Source of the DNA: Ylistrum balloti
Taxonomy: Eukaryota
Length of the DNA stretch: 64,000 nt
Direction of reading: 5' to 3'
NCBI RefSeq assembly: GCF_031769215.1
Contig: NW_026782170.1
Coordinates: forward strand, 806,001 to 870,000
Part shown: positions 37,954-49,800 of the stretch, piece after piece
Layout: the number at the start of each line of letters is the position of its first letter
Numbering within the stretch: the first letter of the stretch is position 1
The notes under the pieces: model-generated
Told to the model about the DNA's origin: nothing
Seen by the model: the letters and a program-made list of their open reading frames with translations, nothing else
Database searches by the model: none
Made by a program: the position numbers and the translations under genes

Positions 37954-39675
37954 ATGTCAAAACGGTCTACACCAGCCACGTTTAGGAGCATGAAGAGCGC
38001 GTCCGTTAAGAGCGCTTCCATGAAGAGCGTTTCAGTAAAGACTCCGGCCAAACGGTCGAAATTGCCAGTCCGAGCTCCGAGATCTCTGATTCCTGTCAGG
38101 ATTAATGGGGCAATATACTGTAAGCATCACCCTAATCACGAGGTGACACTTGTCTGTGAGGATTGTGAAGGAATACTTGTTTGTGTCGACTGCGTAACGT
38201 CGACACATCAACGTCATGGATTGGTCAAGCTCATTGATGTTGCTCCTCTCAAAAGAGAAAACATACGTACATTCATGGATAAGGCCGAAAGAACGGCCAT
38301 TCCGAAGGTACGAAAACAGGTAGAGTTCGCTAACGAGAAACTGGCTGAGAATAAAACGATGTACAAAGAACTCGTTGTAAAAATTCGTCAACAGGGACAG
38401 ACACTCAAAGAAGAAATTGACCGAATCACCGAAAAATTCGTAACGCAATGCGAGGAGGTCGGAAAGGAAAACGAAGAAAAGATGCTGAAGTACCGGAAAC
38501 AGTTACATACCTTATACGCGGAACTGAACTTATCTGTACACGAGTGCCGTAAGACTTTAGAGGCGGGAACCCCTACCCAAGTTTACGCAGTGGAAAAAAA
38601 GGTGAGCACTGCTCTAAAACTACCGACAGCACCAACTATTCGACCGACTTTTTTCAATGCCGGGTCGCTCTCACTCGATCAGATAGAACAGAGCTTTGGT
38701 GGACTTACAATGCCGGATGAACAGACGGAAGTTGACCAACAGACCGCTATGGGACACCCTGCCACGAAACTAATGCAGGACTATGTTGATGACTCTGCTT
38801 CAGGTATATTTGACGGGAGCGATTCTGGTCTGCTGAACATGCCTCACCACGGGAACAGGACGGTGTACTGTTTGTCCGAGTTCGAACACATGACCGACAT
38901 CCACTCTCTGCATTCTGTGTCCAACACTCCATATACTTGGATCCTTGACATATTCACGTATGACATCCTCCTCGTAAACAAGAAAGGCAAAGTTAAGGAC
39001 AAGCGCGAACTCAAGGTTATTCCAGACGACCTCTGCCTGTCGCCAGTCACAGGTAATATGTGGGTGTCAACCGAAGACGATTACAAGATTAGGGAGGCAG
39101 GACCATCTGAGAAGACACCGCGGGTAAGGTTCCACTCGACTGACCTGCCGCTCTCTATTTGTATCACTCGTGACAACAAGGTGATGGTCGGTACACACAA
39201 AACGGTGACGGTTTACACACCAGAAGGCGAGGTAGTTCAGCGCACCACTACAGACCGCACGAAGCGACAGATGGTCACTTTTCCGCGCCACATCGCTCAG
39301 TGTCCGATGTCTGGGAACATTGCAGTAGCTGATGGTGACGATCCGGAATGGGGTGGTGATGACAAACCTCATGTCATGGTTATGGACTCCAACCTCCTCC
39401 TCCAGTTCCGATACAGAGGCAACAAGAGCGATTCGGCTGGCAAGAAGAAATCTGGACCGTTCTTTGATCCATATGATATGTGTTTCGATGCCAGCGGGAA
39501 TCTGATCGTGGCGGATAGGAACAACCGATCCTTGTTATTGGTGAATAGGGAAGGACGCTATCTCAGTACACTCCATGTTGACCAGGCTAGGCCTGTGGCT
39601 GTCAGCCTCCAAAACGAAAACATCCTTTGGGTCGGCTTTGACCGCGGGAAAGTCAAGGTCTTTCGCTACGGCTAA
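37954..39675 (+). CDS. RING-less TRIM-like protein: single B-box, coiled coil, C-terminal NHL-like beta-propeller; intronless CDS, 573 aa
   Basis: B-box pattern CKHH...CEDC...CVDC...HQRH, helical coiled-coil region, NHL-like repeats (FPRHIAQCPMSGNIAVAD, FDPYDMCFDASGNLIVADRNN). First ATG at 37954 lies 1 nt after an acceptor-like TTCTACCCCAG, implying a non-coding upstream exon. The ORF-track TTG start at 37915 is not used. Confidence 0.85.
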   Translation: MSKRSTPATFRSMKSASVKSASMKSVSVKTPAKRSKLPVRAPRSLIPVRINGAIYCKHHPNHEVTLVCEDCEGILVCVDCVTSTHQRHGLVKLIDVAPLKRENIRTFMDKAERTAIPKVRKQVEFANEKLAENKTMYKELVVKIRQQGQTLKEEIDRITEKFVTQCEEVGKENEEKMLKYRKQLHTLYAELNLSVHECRKTLEAGTPTQVYAVEKKVSTALKLPTAPTIRPTFFNAGSLSLDQIEQSFGGLTMPDEQTEVDQQTAMGHPATKLMQDYVDDSASGIFDGSDSGLLNMPHHGNRTVYCLSEFEHMTDIHSLHSVSNTPYTWILDIFTYDILLVNKKGKVKDKRELKVIPDDLCLSPVTGNMWVSTEDDYKIREAGPSEKTPRVRFHSTDLPLSICITRDNKVMVGTHKTVTVYTPEGEVVQRTTTDRTKRQMVTFPRHIAQCPMSGNIAVADGDDPEWGGDDKPHVMVMDSNLLLQFRYRGNKSDSAGKKKSGPFFDPYDMCFDASGNLIVADRNNRSLLLVNREGRYLSTLHVDQARPVAVSLQNENILWVGFDRGKVKVFRYG

Positions 39676-40569
39676 ACGAGTATACCAAGTAAAAGTAGCT
39701 TGCGATTCTCAATGAACTGGAAAAGAAGGAAAGCGATGGCATATGAAGATCGAGTGCAAATATTAGATGATCTGACGCGCTCGCTTTTGTCTGTGTATAT
39801 CTAGTCATCACAGTGAGAGATGAAAGAGAACGAGTCGTGTTTTGTCGTCTTCTTCAGAACCCGCAATATTCTGTTGGAGAATGCTTAATAGTAGAAACAG
39901 TGTGATACTGTGTTATGAGTGAGGACACTGACCAGTCGGGATCGTCTTCTAACACCAAAATGTCCTCAGTGTGTGTGTCTAAAATATCTAAAACGAAAAC
40001 ATTGGTATGTTATGTAGATCTACATGATGAATCTATATGCTCATTAAAATAAAATGATCTATTGTCCGTGTGGAAATTATGGACCTATTTTTTCCATCAA
40101 TATCAATATCATTTGTATCATCTATTTGTCAGAATCTGTTTTGTCCTTTCTACAAGTTGTGCACATTCATGGCTGACCTGTGGTACGCAGAGAATATATG
40201 TATAAAGATATGAGGCTGACATTTTGAATATGTCGGATGTGACTCTTGAAATTTTATGTAATACTTGTGTTCTGTAAGGCGATAAAATATTGCAGTGGGA
40301 AGTTCCACTTGTGACTGGTGGGTGTTCTTTAAAGATGACAAAGAGACCAAAGGATATGTAACAGTCGAGGTTTTGCTTTCGATGGAGTTCTTTTTATATC
40401 GTATGAAACGTCTTTGGTGAGTATCATACGAATCTGATAACTTTGAGGTCATATATTAATAATTACACGAACATTAATGTTAGAATATATACATGCATTA
40501 TACCTTCGGGTCTCCACAGACATGACTAGCGCCTGCGATTCGAGATGCATACTAACATGACATCACGGA

Positions 40570-40610
40570 TCTATATAATATATATATATATATATATAAT
40601 GTTATATATT
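40570..40610. repeat. (TA)n microsatellite
   Basis: TATATAATATATATATATATATATAATG. Confidence 0.85.
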
Positions 40611-41659
40611 TTTAAAAAAATTGTCTCTCTTGCATCCAATTCGGTCTACGGAAACATGCACAGGGTGTATACGTCTGGAGGTTTCATTTGTAACGAATAT
40701 TAACCCTTGTTAAACTAAACATTGGGATAGGTCAGTATAAACCTAGACTATTCAAAAACCCCACGTCTCTAAAATACGATCAGATAAAGGATGTATAATG
40801 AAATAAACAAAACTGGTTCTCGAATTTGTATTTCATAATGCTTGGATATTAAAACAGAACAGTTAAAAAAAAACTTTTAGGTTGTCTGGGTGATGATTTC
40901 AGTTATGATCTGCCATGTCACCGGACAAAGAACTACCCTATCAAGTCTATAAACAATAGCCACAATGGGCAAAGCTCGCCTGCTCTGAAACACAGGGACT
41001 TGTTACATTATGTACAAGGTCTTATCTCCCAGAAACATTGTTACAAGCCCCTGTGCTCTACATGTGGTCCCTGAAGAGGTATCTTTGCTAGAAAAAGAGT
41101 TTCCATCGTCAGTTCAGTAAGTTTTCCAAATGGTGAAAAATAACTTTGGACGTTTTGCTTAATATTTCATAAGTTGTTTAAATGTCGTAAATATCTTCAG
41201 AGATTCGATCAGTAATATCATGAAAGTGGATAAAAAAAGACCATTCGTCCTAATATTTAACTGGCTGAATAAATGAAATAAATATATGATAGAAAGTTAC
41301 CGGTAATAAGTGATATCAAACCAACATGATAGGTTGATAATACTAAGGGAATAATCATGAACTTAATCGATTCAGAGAGTACATAATATTAGGACAACTG
41401 GTGTTAAGCAGAGCAGAGGAAATCAATTAGAGACAAGAAATGAATACATTGAATTATTGTATAACATGCAGGCATGTGTCCAAAAACGTAGCAACTCGTG
41501 TAAACTGACGTATTTAATGATTAAGCCGCCGCTAGAGACTGAAACTTTACAAACACCAAACTGTAGCGAGAACCCTCAAAATCAGACCCTCGGTCGATAC
41601 ACACGTATATCACATATCTTAAAACAATGAAGAAGACTACACCGATGGCAACAGCACTG

Positions 41660-42180
41660 AGTGTAAAACCTACAGAAACCGGACACGTAGGTAATACCAC
41701 AGAGTGAAACCTACAGAAACCCGGACACGTAGGTAATGTCACAGAGTGAAACCTACAGAAACCGGACACGTAGGTAATGTCACAGAGTGAAACCTACAGA
41801 AACCGGACACGTAGGTAATGTCACAGAGTGAAACCTACAGAAACTCGGACACATAGGTAATTTCACAGAGTGAAACCTACAGAAACCGGACACGTAGGTA
41901 ATGTCACAGCGTGAAACCTACTACCGGACACATAAGTAATGTCACAGAGTGAACCTACAGAAACCGGACACGTAGGTAATGTCACAGAGTGAAACCTACA
42001 GAAACCGAACACGTAGGTTATGTCACAGAGTGAAATATACAGAAACCGGACACGTAGGTAATTTCAGAGTGAAACCTACAAAAACCGGACACTTAGGTAA
42101 TGTTACAGAGTGAAACCTACAAAAACCGGACACGTAATTAACGTCACAGAGTAAAACCTACTAAAACTGGACACCAAGGA
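41660..42180. repeat. About 40-bp minisatellite, about 13 copies
   Basis: Unit GTGAAACCTACAGAAACCGGACACGTAGGTAATGTCACAGA. Confidence 0.95.
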
Positions 42181-42614
42181 CACGAGTTCAATATACAGAA
42201 TGTGAACCAAGTGTTATCTGATTCCTAGATCGGCACGTCAAAACTGGCTTTGTTTCCTAGCCTGTCAACATGGTCAGACAAGTGTATCAGATTTATAAGG
42301 AGGAACATTTAAATGTCCAACAGAAAGACAAAAGAATTTGTCTTCAAAACTTATAACTGCCCTGTTTGGAATACTGTAGCCCCATTAGGGACACGTGACA
42401 TGTTTAGAAGTGTAACAGAAATGCATGTTAGCTTAATTACAGGCTCTCTCTTAAACAAAAACGGGATCCAATGTTTATCATATTATTCAATAAAATGTTT
42501 TATATTTTCTTTGCATTTGATGGTAACCGCCGACATTCTATAAAGTGTGTTCGACAACATACATTTCATATTTCACACAGCTTTAAAAATTATAACTGAT
42601 TTCTAGATTAACTA

Positions 42615-43480
42615 TAATCTGGAACCATGGATCATTACAAATCCCATCAGTGTCAGGAACCCTCCATCATTACAAATCCCATCAGTGTCTGGAACCCTCC
42701 ATCATCACAAACCCTTTCAGTGTCTGGAACCCTCCATCATTACAAATCCCATCAGTGCCTGGAACCCTCCATCATCACAAACCCTTTCAGTGTCTGGAAC
42801 CCTCCATCATCACAAACCCCACCAGTGTCTGGAATCCTCCATCATCACAAACCCTTTCAGTGTCTGGAACCCTCCATCATCACAAACCCCACCAGTGTCT
42901 GGAACTCTCCATCATCACAAACCCTTTCAGTGTCAGGAACCCTCCATCATTACAAACCCCACCAGTGTCTGGAACTCTCCATCATCACAAACCCCATCAG
43001 TGTCTGGAACCCTCCAACATCACAAACCCTTTCAGTGTCTGGAACCCTCCATCATCACAAACCCCACCAGTGTCTGGAACCCTCCATCATCACAAACCCC
43101 TTCAGTGTCTGGAACCCTCTATCATCACAAACCCCATCAGTGTCTGGAACCCTTCATCATCACAAACCCCATCAATGTCTGGAACCCTCCATCATTACAA
43201 ATCCCATCAGTGTCAGGAACCCTCCATCATTACAAACCCCACCAGTGTCAGGAACCCTCCATCATCACAAACCCCATCAATGTCTGGAACCCTCCATCAT
43301 CACAACCCCACCAGTGTCTGGAACCCTCCATCATTGCAAACCCCATCAGTGCCTGGAACTTTCCATCATCACAAACCCCATCAGTGTCTGGAACCCTCCA
43401 ACATCACAAACCCCTTTTTATATCTGGAACCCTCCATCATCACAAAAATCCCATCAGTCAGGAACTTTCCATCATCACCA
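42615..43480. repeat. 34-bp minisatellite, about 25 copies
   Basis: Unit CTGGAACCCTCCATCATCACAAACCCCATCAGTGT. Confidence 0.96.
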
Positions 43481-43959
43481 ACCCTATCAAACAGTGCAAC
43501 CATTTTAGGGCACCTTCAACCATGTTGCCTGGCCCCCAAGGAATATCCTATTCCTAAAATCATTTCCCAATCTCTTATGTGCCTCTTAACCAGAGTGTCT
43601 GGTTAAAGTGCAATTATTTCCCATGTTTTTGTAAGCTGAATATTTCAGATTAGGTGCCGAAGTCAATTCTTATTTAGAAATTGTCATGATTTCTATATTT
43701 TCTGATGTCATGAAGCACCAGGAACCACAGACTTAGTTTTTATTTCAAAGTGGCACTGTTATTCTCCTTAATGGTATCATTAACTTGATTTCATGTTACA
43801 ACAGCCATGAATGTATGGAGGTTCTCAGTAACAATGTACGTTATCTTATGCTGTGTATAGGTAATCATTATAAAACAATATCTACCAGTATTGTTCACCA
43901 ACAGGATTGTGTTACCTTTAACTGGAAGCACTACAAACATACTAAACTAACGGCACAGT

Positions 43960-44245
43960 TTCTGTCAGTAAAGAGACATGTTACAATATGCGTCTTTGTT
44001 GTGTCAGTAAAGATACATGTCACAATATGCGTCTTTGTCGTGTCAGTAAAGATACATGTCACAATATGCGTCTTTGTCGTGTCAGTAAAGATACATGTCA
44101 CAATATGCGTCTTTGTCGTGTCAGTAAAGAGACATGTCACAATATGCGTCTTTGTCGTGTCAGTAAAGATACATGTCACAATATGCGTCTTTGTCGTGTC
44201 AGTAAAGAGACATGTCGCAATATGCGTCTTTGTCAAGATACATCA
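43960..44245. repeat. 39-bp minisatellite, about 7 copies
   Basis: Unit GTAAAGATACATGTCACAATATGCGTCTTTGTCGTGTCA. Confidence 0.95.
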
Positions 44246-46894
44246 GTTGATTTTTGTGGAGTCTAGCTTATAGGTCTCAAGAGATAAATGAATATGTCGC
44301 ATTTCATGTCTGCATGGAGACACACCCACATGCCAATAGTGAGTCATGTTATGTGTCAAGATTTTCAGAATCAATGTAATTATAATATGTGTATATTAAG
44401 AAATTCCACATAAACTGACAATGTATAACAGATTTTATCGCGAGTGTTATAAATCATGTGAGTGTCTTGTAAATTATTCCATTTTCTGTGCTCTTATCTG
44501 CTGTATACAGTAGAAAAAACATGTGTGACCAACAATTCACATTTGTCATGATCACATACTGCGGACCAAACAACACAGAGAACAAGGTTTTCTCAAATAG
44601 CATTTATTTTATCTTCTGTCCATAACCATATAACCAAGTACATCAGGATTGATGCATGTAAAATATAAAGCTCAACACAATTTACAATACATTAAGCATA
44701 GTTTTCTCTTTGAAATTGAAATATTTTTAAAACGCTTTGTTATGTTTAAAACAATCAATTTCAACAAAACCAAATTTAAATGCACGGAGAAATTTCACCG
44801 AGATGATGGACACTGTGGTTGGAATATTTACTACGTTGCTGATTATTGATATATTTTTATCAATTAAATAATATTACGAATACTCAATCCACGTAATCAT
44901 AGGACTTCAATGAATATTGCAGGTACCAATGATATAAAATGTATCCAGCCAGTGTTAAACCAAGGATAACAAGAATGTTTGTAATCTACTGGTAATTTGT
45001 GAAGCTTTCAAGAATTTAATCATCTTACAAATCTAAAATCATGAAGATACTGACAAGATATCGCATAGTTGATAACTTGTAAATGTTTCTAATGAAACAC
45101 ACTGATAATTCAAGGCCTGAATCCATTACAACAGAGTAAGAATTTGTATCCTATGTACATATTACGGTATCATATTGTTCTTACCTGTTTGTGCCTATGA
45201 CTGAGACATAGCTTGGAAGTTACTATTACACTATCAATCATTTGTGAATGTCCATCAGATTTTGTGATCAATAGAATTCTGATATGGCTACAGAAGAAGC
45301 ATCATACTTTATCTTTATGAAAGACTTTTAATCTGATAAAAACATTCTAACTATATTGAACTGACCCTTAAACATCACACATCATACACATGTTTTACCA
45401 CTGTTAACACAAAACAAACACCTACATTTGAACAAAATAAAATTCAAGATAATAAAATCCTGCATTCTGCCTACAACTGTTGAAAGAGGACAACCTGTCA
45501 TATCTGAAAACAGCAAAAATTATTTCTATACATGCTTAACTCTCCTGTTAGTGGAATAGAGACAGTTTTTTCAGACAAATGAACTATTACGCTTCTGGAA
45601 TCATTTTCTAACTAATTTTCTGTCTTTTTAAGAATAATATCAACTCCTACCCGGTAGCTCAAACAGACAAAAACAGGACAAAAACTTTACATTTTCCATG
45701 TAAATTAAGCTAAACAATCACCCAACACCACGTCCTTTGTTCAGTTCTCATACAATGCTCTAACTTCTGTTAACAATACATTTAAATTACAGATTGAAGA
45801 TAAACTTTATATAATCAACATTATGAGAAATGTCACTATAGGTTTGGTAAAATCCTCACCTTTACATTTCATCATGGAGATATACATATATCGCTGTTAA
45901 ACTTATGTTTTACACACTGCATACTTTTTTCACATATAAGTAAATTGCACTCGTATTAAGGTTTAAGCACTTTATACACCACCAGAAATAATCCTCTTTG
46001 GTTTCTCAGTAACCAGTAACAAATCCCTACTGATGTAATAACAAAAATATTGGATATCAAATAGCTCTAGAACATAAATTATCAAGATAATTCTTTTTCA
46101 TCGACTATAACAGGACACACAACACTGAGTAGGAGACCATGTCCTCTATGCCATGATACAGTACACTGTTGTGGGCCAAAGCACCTGCAGAAATAAACTA
46201 TAAAAGCTTTGACAATACCTTGCATAGATTTCATAGTAGAATATTGACAACTGTGAAAGGCACAGTGTGAAAAACTGTAGCAGAGGTCACCACATTTCAA
46301 ATGAGACCAACCAATATATATCATGGGTTAGGTGCAATCAATATCAGCTAATGGCCTACAACACAATTCAGGAGTACTAAAATAATTATAACTTCGTGGA
46401 GGATAAATGATACAACAGGTGGAACCTGGACCACATATTTTTTGGCATTGTCAAGGTTTAGTTCATCTCCTTATTCCAACACATTTTGTGTAATGACTAG
46501 TCCCACCACCTCTTGGTAGGGAAATGTGAAAATAGCAGATATTTCAGTAAAGTACGGAAATAGAAGGGAGACTATAAGAGGTGTATTTCACAGTATTGTA
46601 TCCACAAGTCTAGAGTGGGGCAGGAGTTTTGGACAAAAACATTACAATACACACGTTTAAAGCAGACAATTACAGAAATAAATACCAGGGTATATATCAC
46701 TAATACTATAATACCAACATCAATACCAGTCGACTTAGGTGTTCAAAACATCAATAAATACAATTCTTAGGTGTTCCAATTAACAGTGGCATATTCTCTT
46801 GCTTCAGTGCATATTCCATCATTATTGACCAGTATTGGCCAAAAGAGTGCTTGTGGTCCCAGGTACAAGATCAAAGGCGAAAGATTCTCTAAGA

Positions 46895-49800
46895 TCAGGG
46901 AAGATCTCTGTCAATGCGGATAAGTCTCTCTATGACAGCATCTAATGCTTTGTGAGTTGGTGTATCGCTATAGGCCTCCAAGAAGTTCTTCCCTTGCTCC
47001 AGACAGTGAGTTAACTTGGGGTCAAGAGGGATACAACCTGTAAAAGAGTGGCATGTGTTACATCAAAGTATTATACAGAGGTGTGGTATATGTTACATCA
47101 AAGTGTTACCCAGAGGTGTGGTATGTATTACATCAAAGTGTTATCCATAGAGGTGTGGTATGTGTTACATCAAAGTGTTCTCCACAGAGGTGTGTCATGT
47201 GTCACATCAAAATGTTATGAACAGAGGTGTGTCATGTGGTACATCAAAGTATTATACAGAGGTGTGGTATATGTTACATCAAAGTGTTATCCAGAGGTGT
47301 GGTATGTATTACATCAAAGTGTTATCCAGAGGTGTGGTATGTATTACATCAAAGTGTTATCCATAGAGGTGTGGTATGTGTTACATCAAAGTGTTCTCCA
47401 TGAGGTGTGTCATGTGTCACATCAAAATGTTATCCACACAGGTGTGTCATGTGTTACATCAAAGTGTTATACAGAGGTGTGGTATATGTTACATCAAAGT
47501 GTTATCCAGAGGTGTGGTATGTGTTACATCGAAGTGTTATCCACAGAGGTGTGGTATGTGTTACATCAAAGTGTTCTCCACAGAGGTGTGTCATGTGTCA
47601 CATCAAAATGTTATCCACAGAGGTGTGGTATATGTTACATCAAAGTGTTATACAGAGGTGTGGTATATGTTACATCAAAGTGTTATCCAGAGGTGTGGTA
47701 TGTGTTACATCGAAGTGTTATCCACAGAGGTGTGTCATGTGTTACATCAAAGTGTTATCCACAGAGGTGTGTCATGTGTTACATCAAAGTGTTATCCACA
47801 GAAGTGTGTCATGTGTTACATCAAAGTGTTATCCACAGAGGTGGGCCATGTGTTACATCAAAGTGTTATACAGAGGTGTGTCATGTGTTACATCAAAGTG
47901 TTATACAGAGGTGTGTCATGTGTTACATCAAAGTGTTATCCAGAGGTCTGTCATGTGTTACATCAAAGTGTTATCCACAGAGGTGTGTCATGTGTCACAT
48001 CAAAAGGTGTTATCCACAGAAGTGTGTCATATGTTACATCAAAGTATTATCCACAGAGGTGGGCCATGTTTTACACCAAAGTATAACACTGAGGTGTTAT
48101 AAATAGTTGTTTAAACTTTCTACCAAAAACATGCTATGAAATGTTGTACTGTATAAGAGGGAAATCTTCATACCTTGGTAAATACTTCCTTTCACAGTTT
48201 AAGCCCGAGACATCGCTTTCAGGAAGAAGAAATGTTTGAGGATACCATATAAATATAATTTAAATCCTTTTCCCATTGCAATTTTTTTTCAGGATTTTTT
48301 TTATTGCCAAGAAAACAAAAAAAATAAACATTTCATATCATGCACTATAAAATTATCTTATGAACGATGTAGCTGTACACTTACCAAGGAAAGGAACATG
48401 AAACTGCTTCGCCAAAGCCTCCCCACCACCCTTTGAAAAAATGTTTGTACATTCCTGAAAACAATGAAAATCAGTATACCTTCCATGTAATGACTGAACA
48501 TCTTTCAATAAAGCCTTAATCTAGAAACTAATTGCTTTCCAAGAAAGTTACACACATACATGCAAATAATATCTTGAAATGGTATTTTTTATCATGTAAA
48601 ATGAGGCAGAAATAACCAATGACATGTGGTATACTAAACAAGAACTTGCTTAATGTACATCTAAGTGAAAATTAATGCGGTACAACTTGCTGTACAATGT
48701 AGACAGACAAAATCAACAAGGTCAAACTTATTGTACAATGTGACAGACAAAATCAACAAGGTCAAACTTACTGTACAATGTGACAGACAAAATTAACAAG
48801 GTCACACTTACTGTACAATGTGGACAGACAAAACCACTCATGTTCTCAATAATACCAATGACCGGAATGTGTGTCTTCTTACAGAAGGTTAATTCTCTGC
48901 GAACATCTCCAACAGCAACTGCCTGTTGATATAATAAATTCATATTTCAACCAATCAGAATATTGACTTATGTCCCTTTCTTTCTTCTGCATTGCAGAAA
49001 TTAACTTTGTGCGACTGGACCAGACAATGCAGGACAGTGTACTTCTCAGTAGAAGAAATCCTCTTACAACATGTGACTTTCTAAGTGATAGCATCAGAGA
49101 AATGGAGCTTAACATAGGGTTGAACAAAACAAGAGGCCCATGGGCCTTAACGTCCACCCAATTTGAATTTTTTGTTTTCAACAAATGACAAGCACAAACT
49201 TAACAAAACTGCCTTAACCAATATCTAGCATAAATATTAAATTCTATACAGTATTGTTTGTAGCAAGTTTGGATTTAAAGGCCATTACAGAAATTTGAAC
49301 ATATCCAACTGTTAGGGTCCTGCATAGAAGTTTTCAAAACATTGAACTTCCTTGACAATGAAATTCCAACCTGTTTTGTAATTCCAACTGAAAATGAATA
49401 CAAATACTCAAACATTTGACCCCTGTGACCTAGAAAGTGGGTCAAATTAATTCACTTGGATAAACTTGGTAGCCCTTCATCGCACCATGCTACAGTAACA
49501 ATATCAGAAACACTTCATTCATGAATCCACATGCTACTCCCACCCTTCACAAGCAAGTACATTGTATATAAATTTGTAACAGATAACAATATACACATCT
49601 ATATTAACTTATTCCAGAACACTGCTGTCCACTTTATTGAAATTCAGAAAATTCAAGGGAGAAGTCATCTCATGACCTCTTCCTAATATCTAATTTCAAT
49701 TTTCTTGACAGGTGAGCTGAATGTTTTTAGGTTTCAACAATCACAATTTAAAAGTGTTCTCATATCCATACCATCTGATCCGGTTTGTAGCAAATAGATT

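Noticed and set aside
38032-39372. Minus-strand ORFs of 61-138 aa
   Set aside because: Antisense shadows of the TRIM-like CDS.
40150-40452. 100-aa minus ORF, and a plus-strand open segment 40295-40416 ending in TG|GTGAGT
   Set aside because: No recognisable motif, weak acceptor and no phase-compatible partner exon.
46082-46200. Strong minus-strand acceptor (TTTATTTCTGCAG) as an alternative NUBP2 terminal exon
   Set aside because: The phase-1 product GALAHNSVLYHGIEDMVSYSVLCVLL has no NUBP2 similarity; the canonical last exon already completes a 271-aa protein.
12541-48100. Tandem arrays as CRISPR arrays
   Set aside because: Units are contiguous with no unique spacers, no cas genes are present, and the context is eukaryotic introns.
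47048-48106. 352-, 236- and 231-aa plus-strand ORFs
   Set aside because: Stop-poor minisatellite lying antisense inside NUBP2 intron 7.
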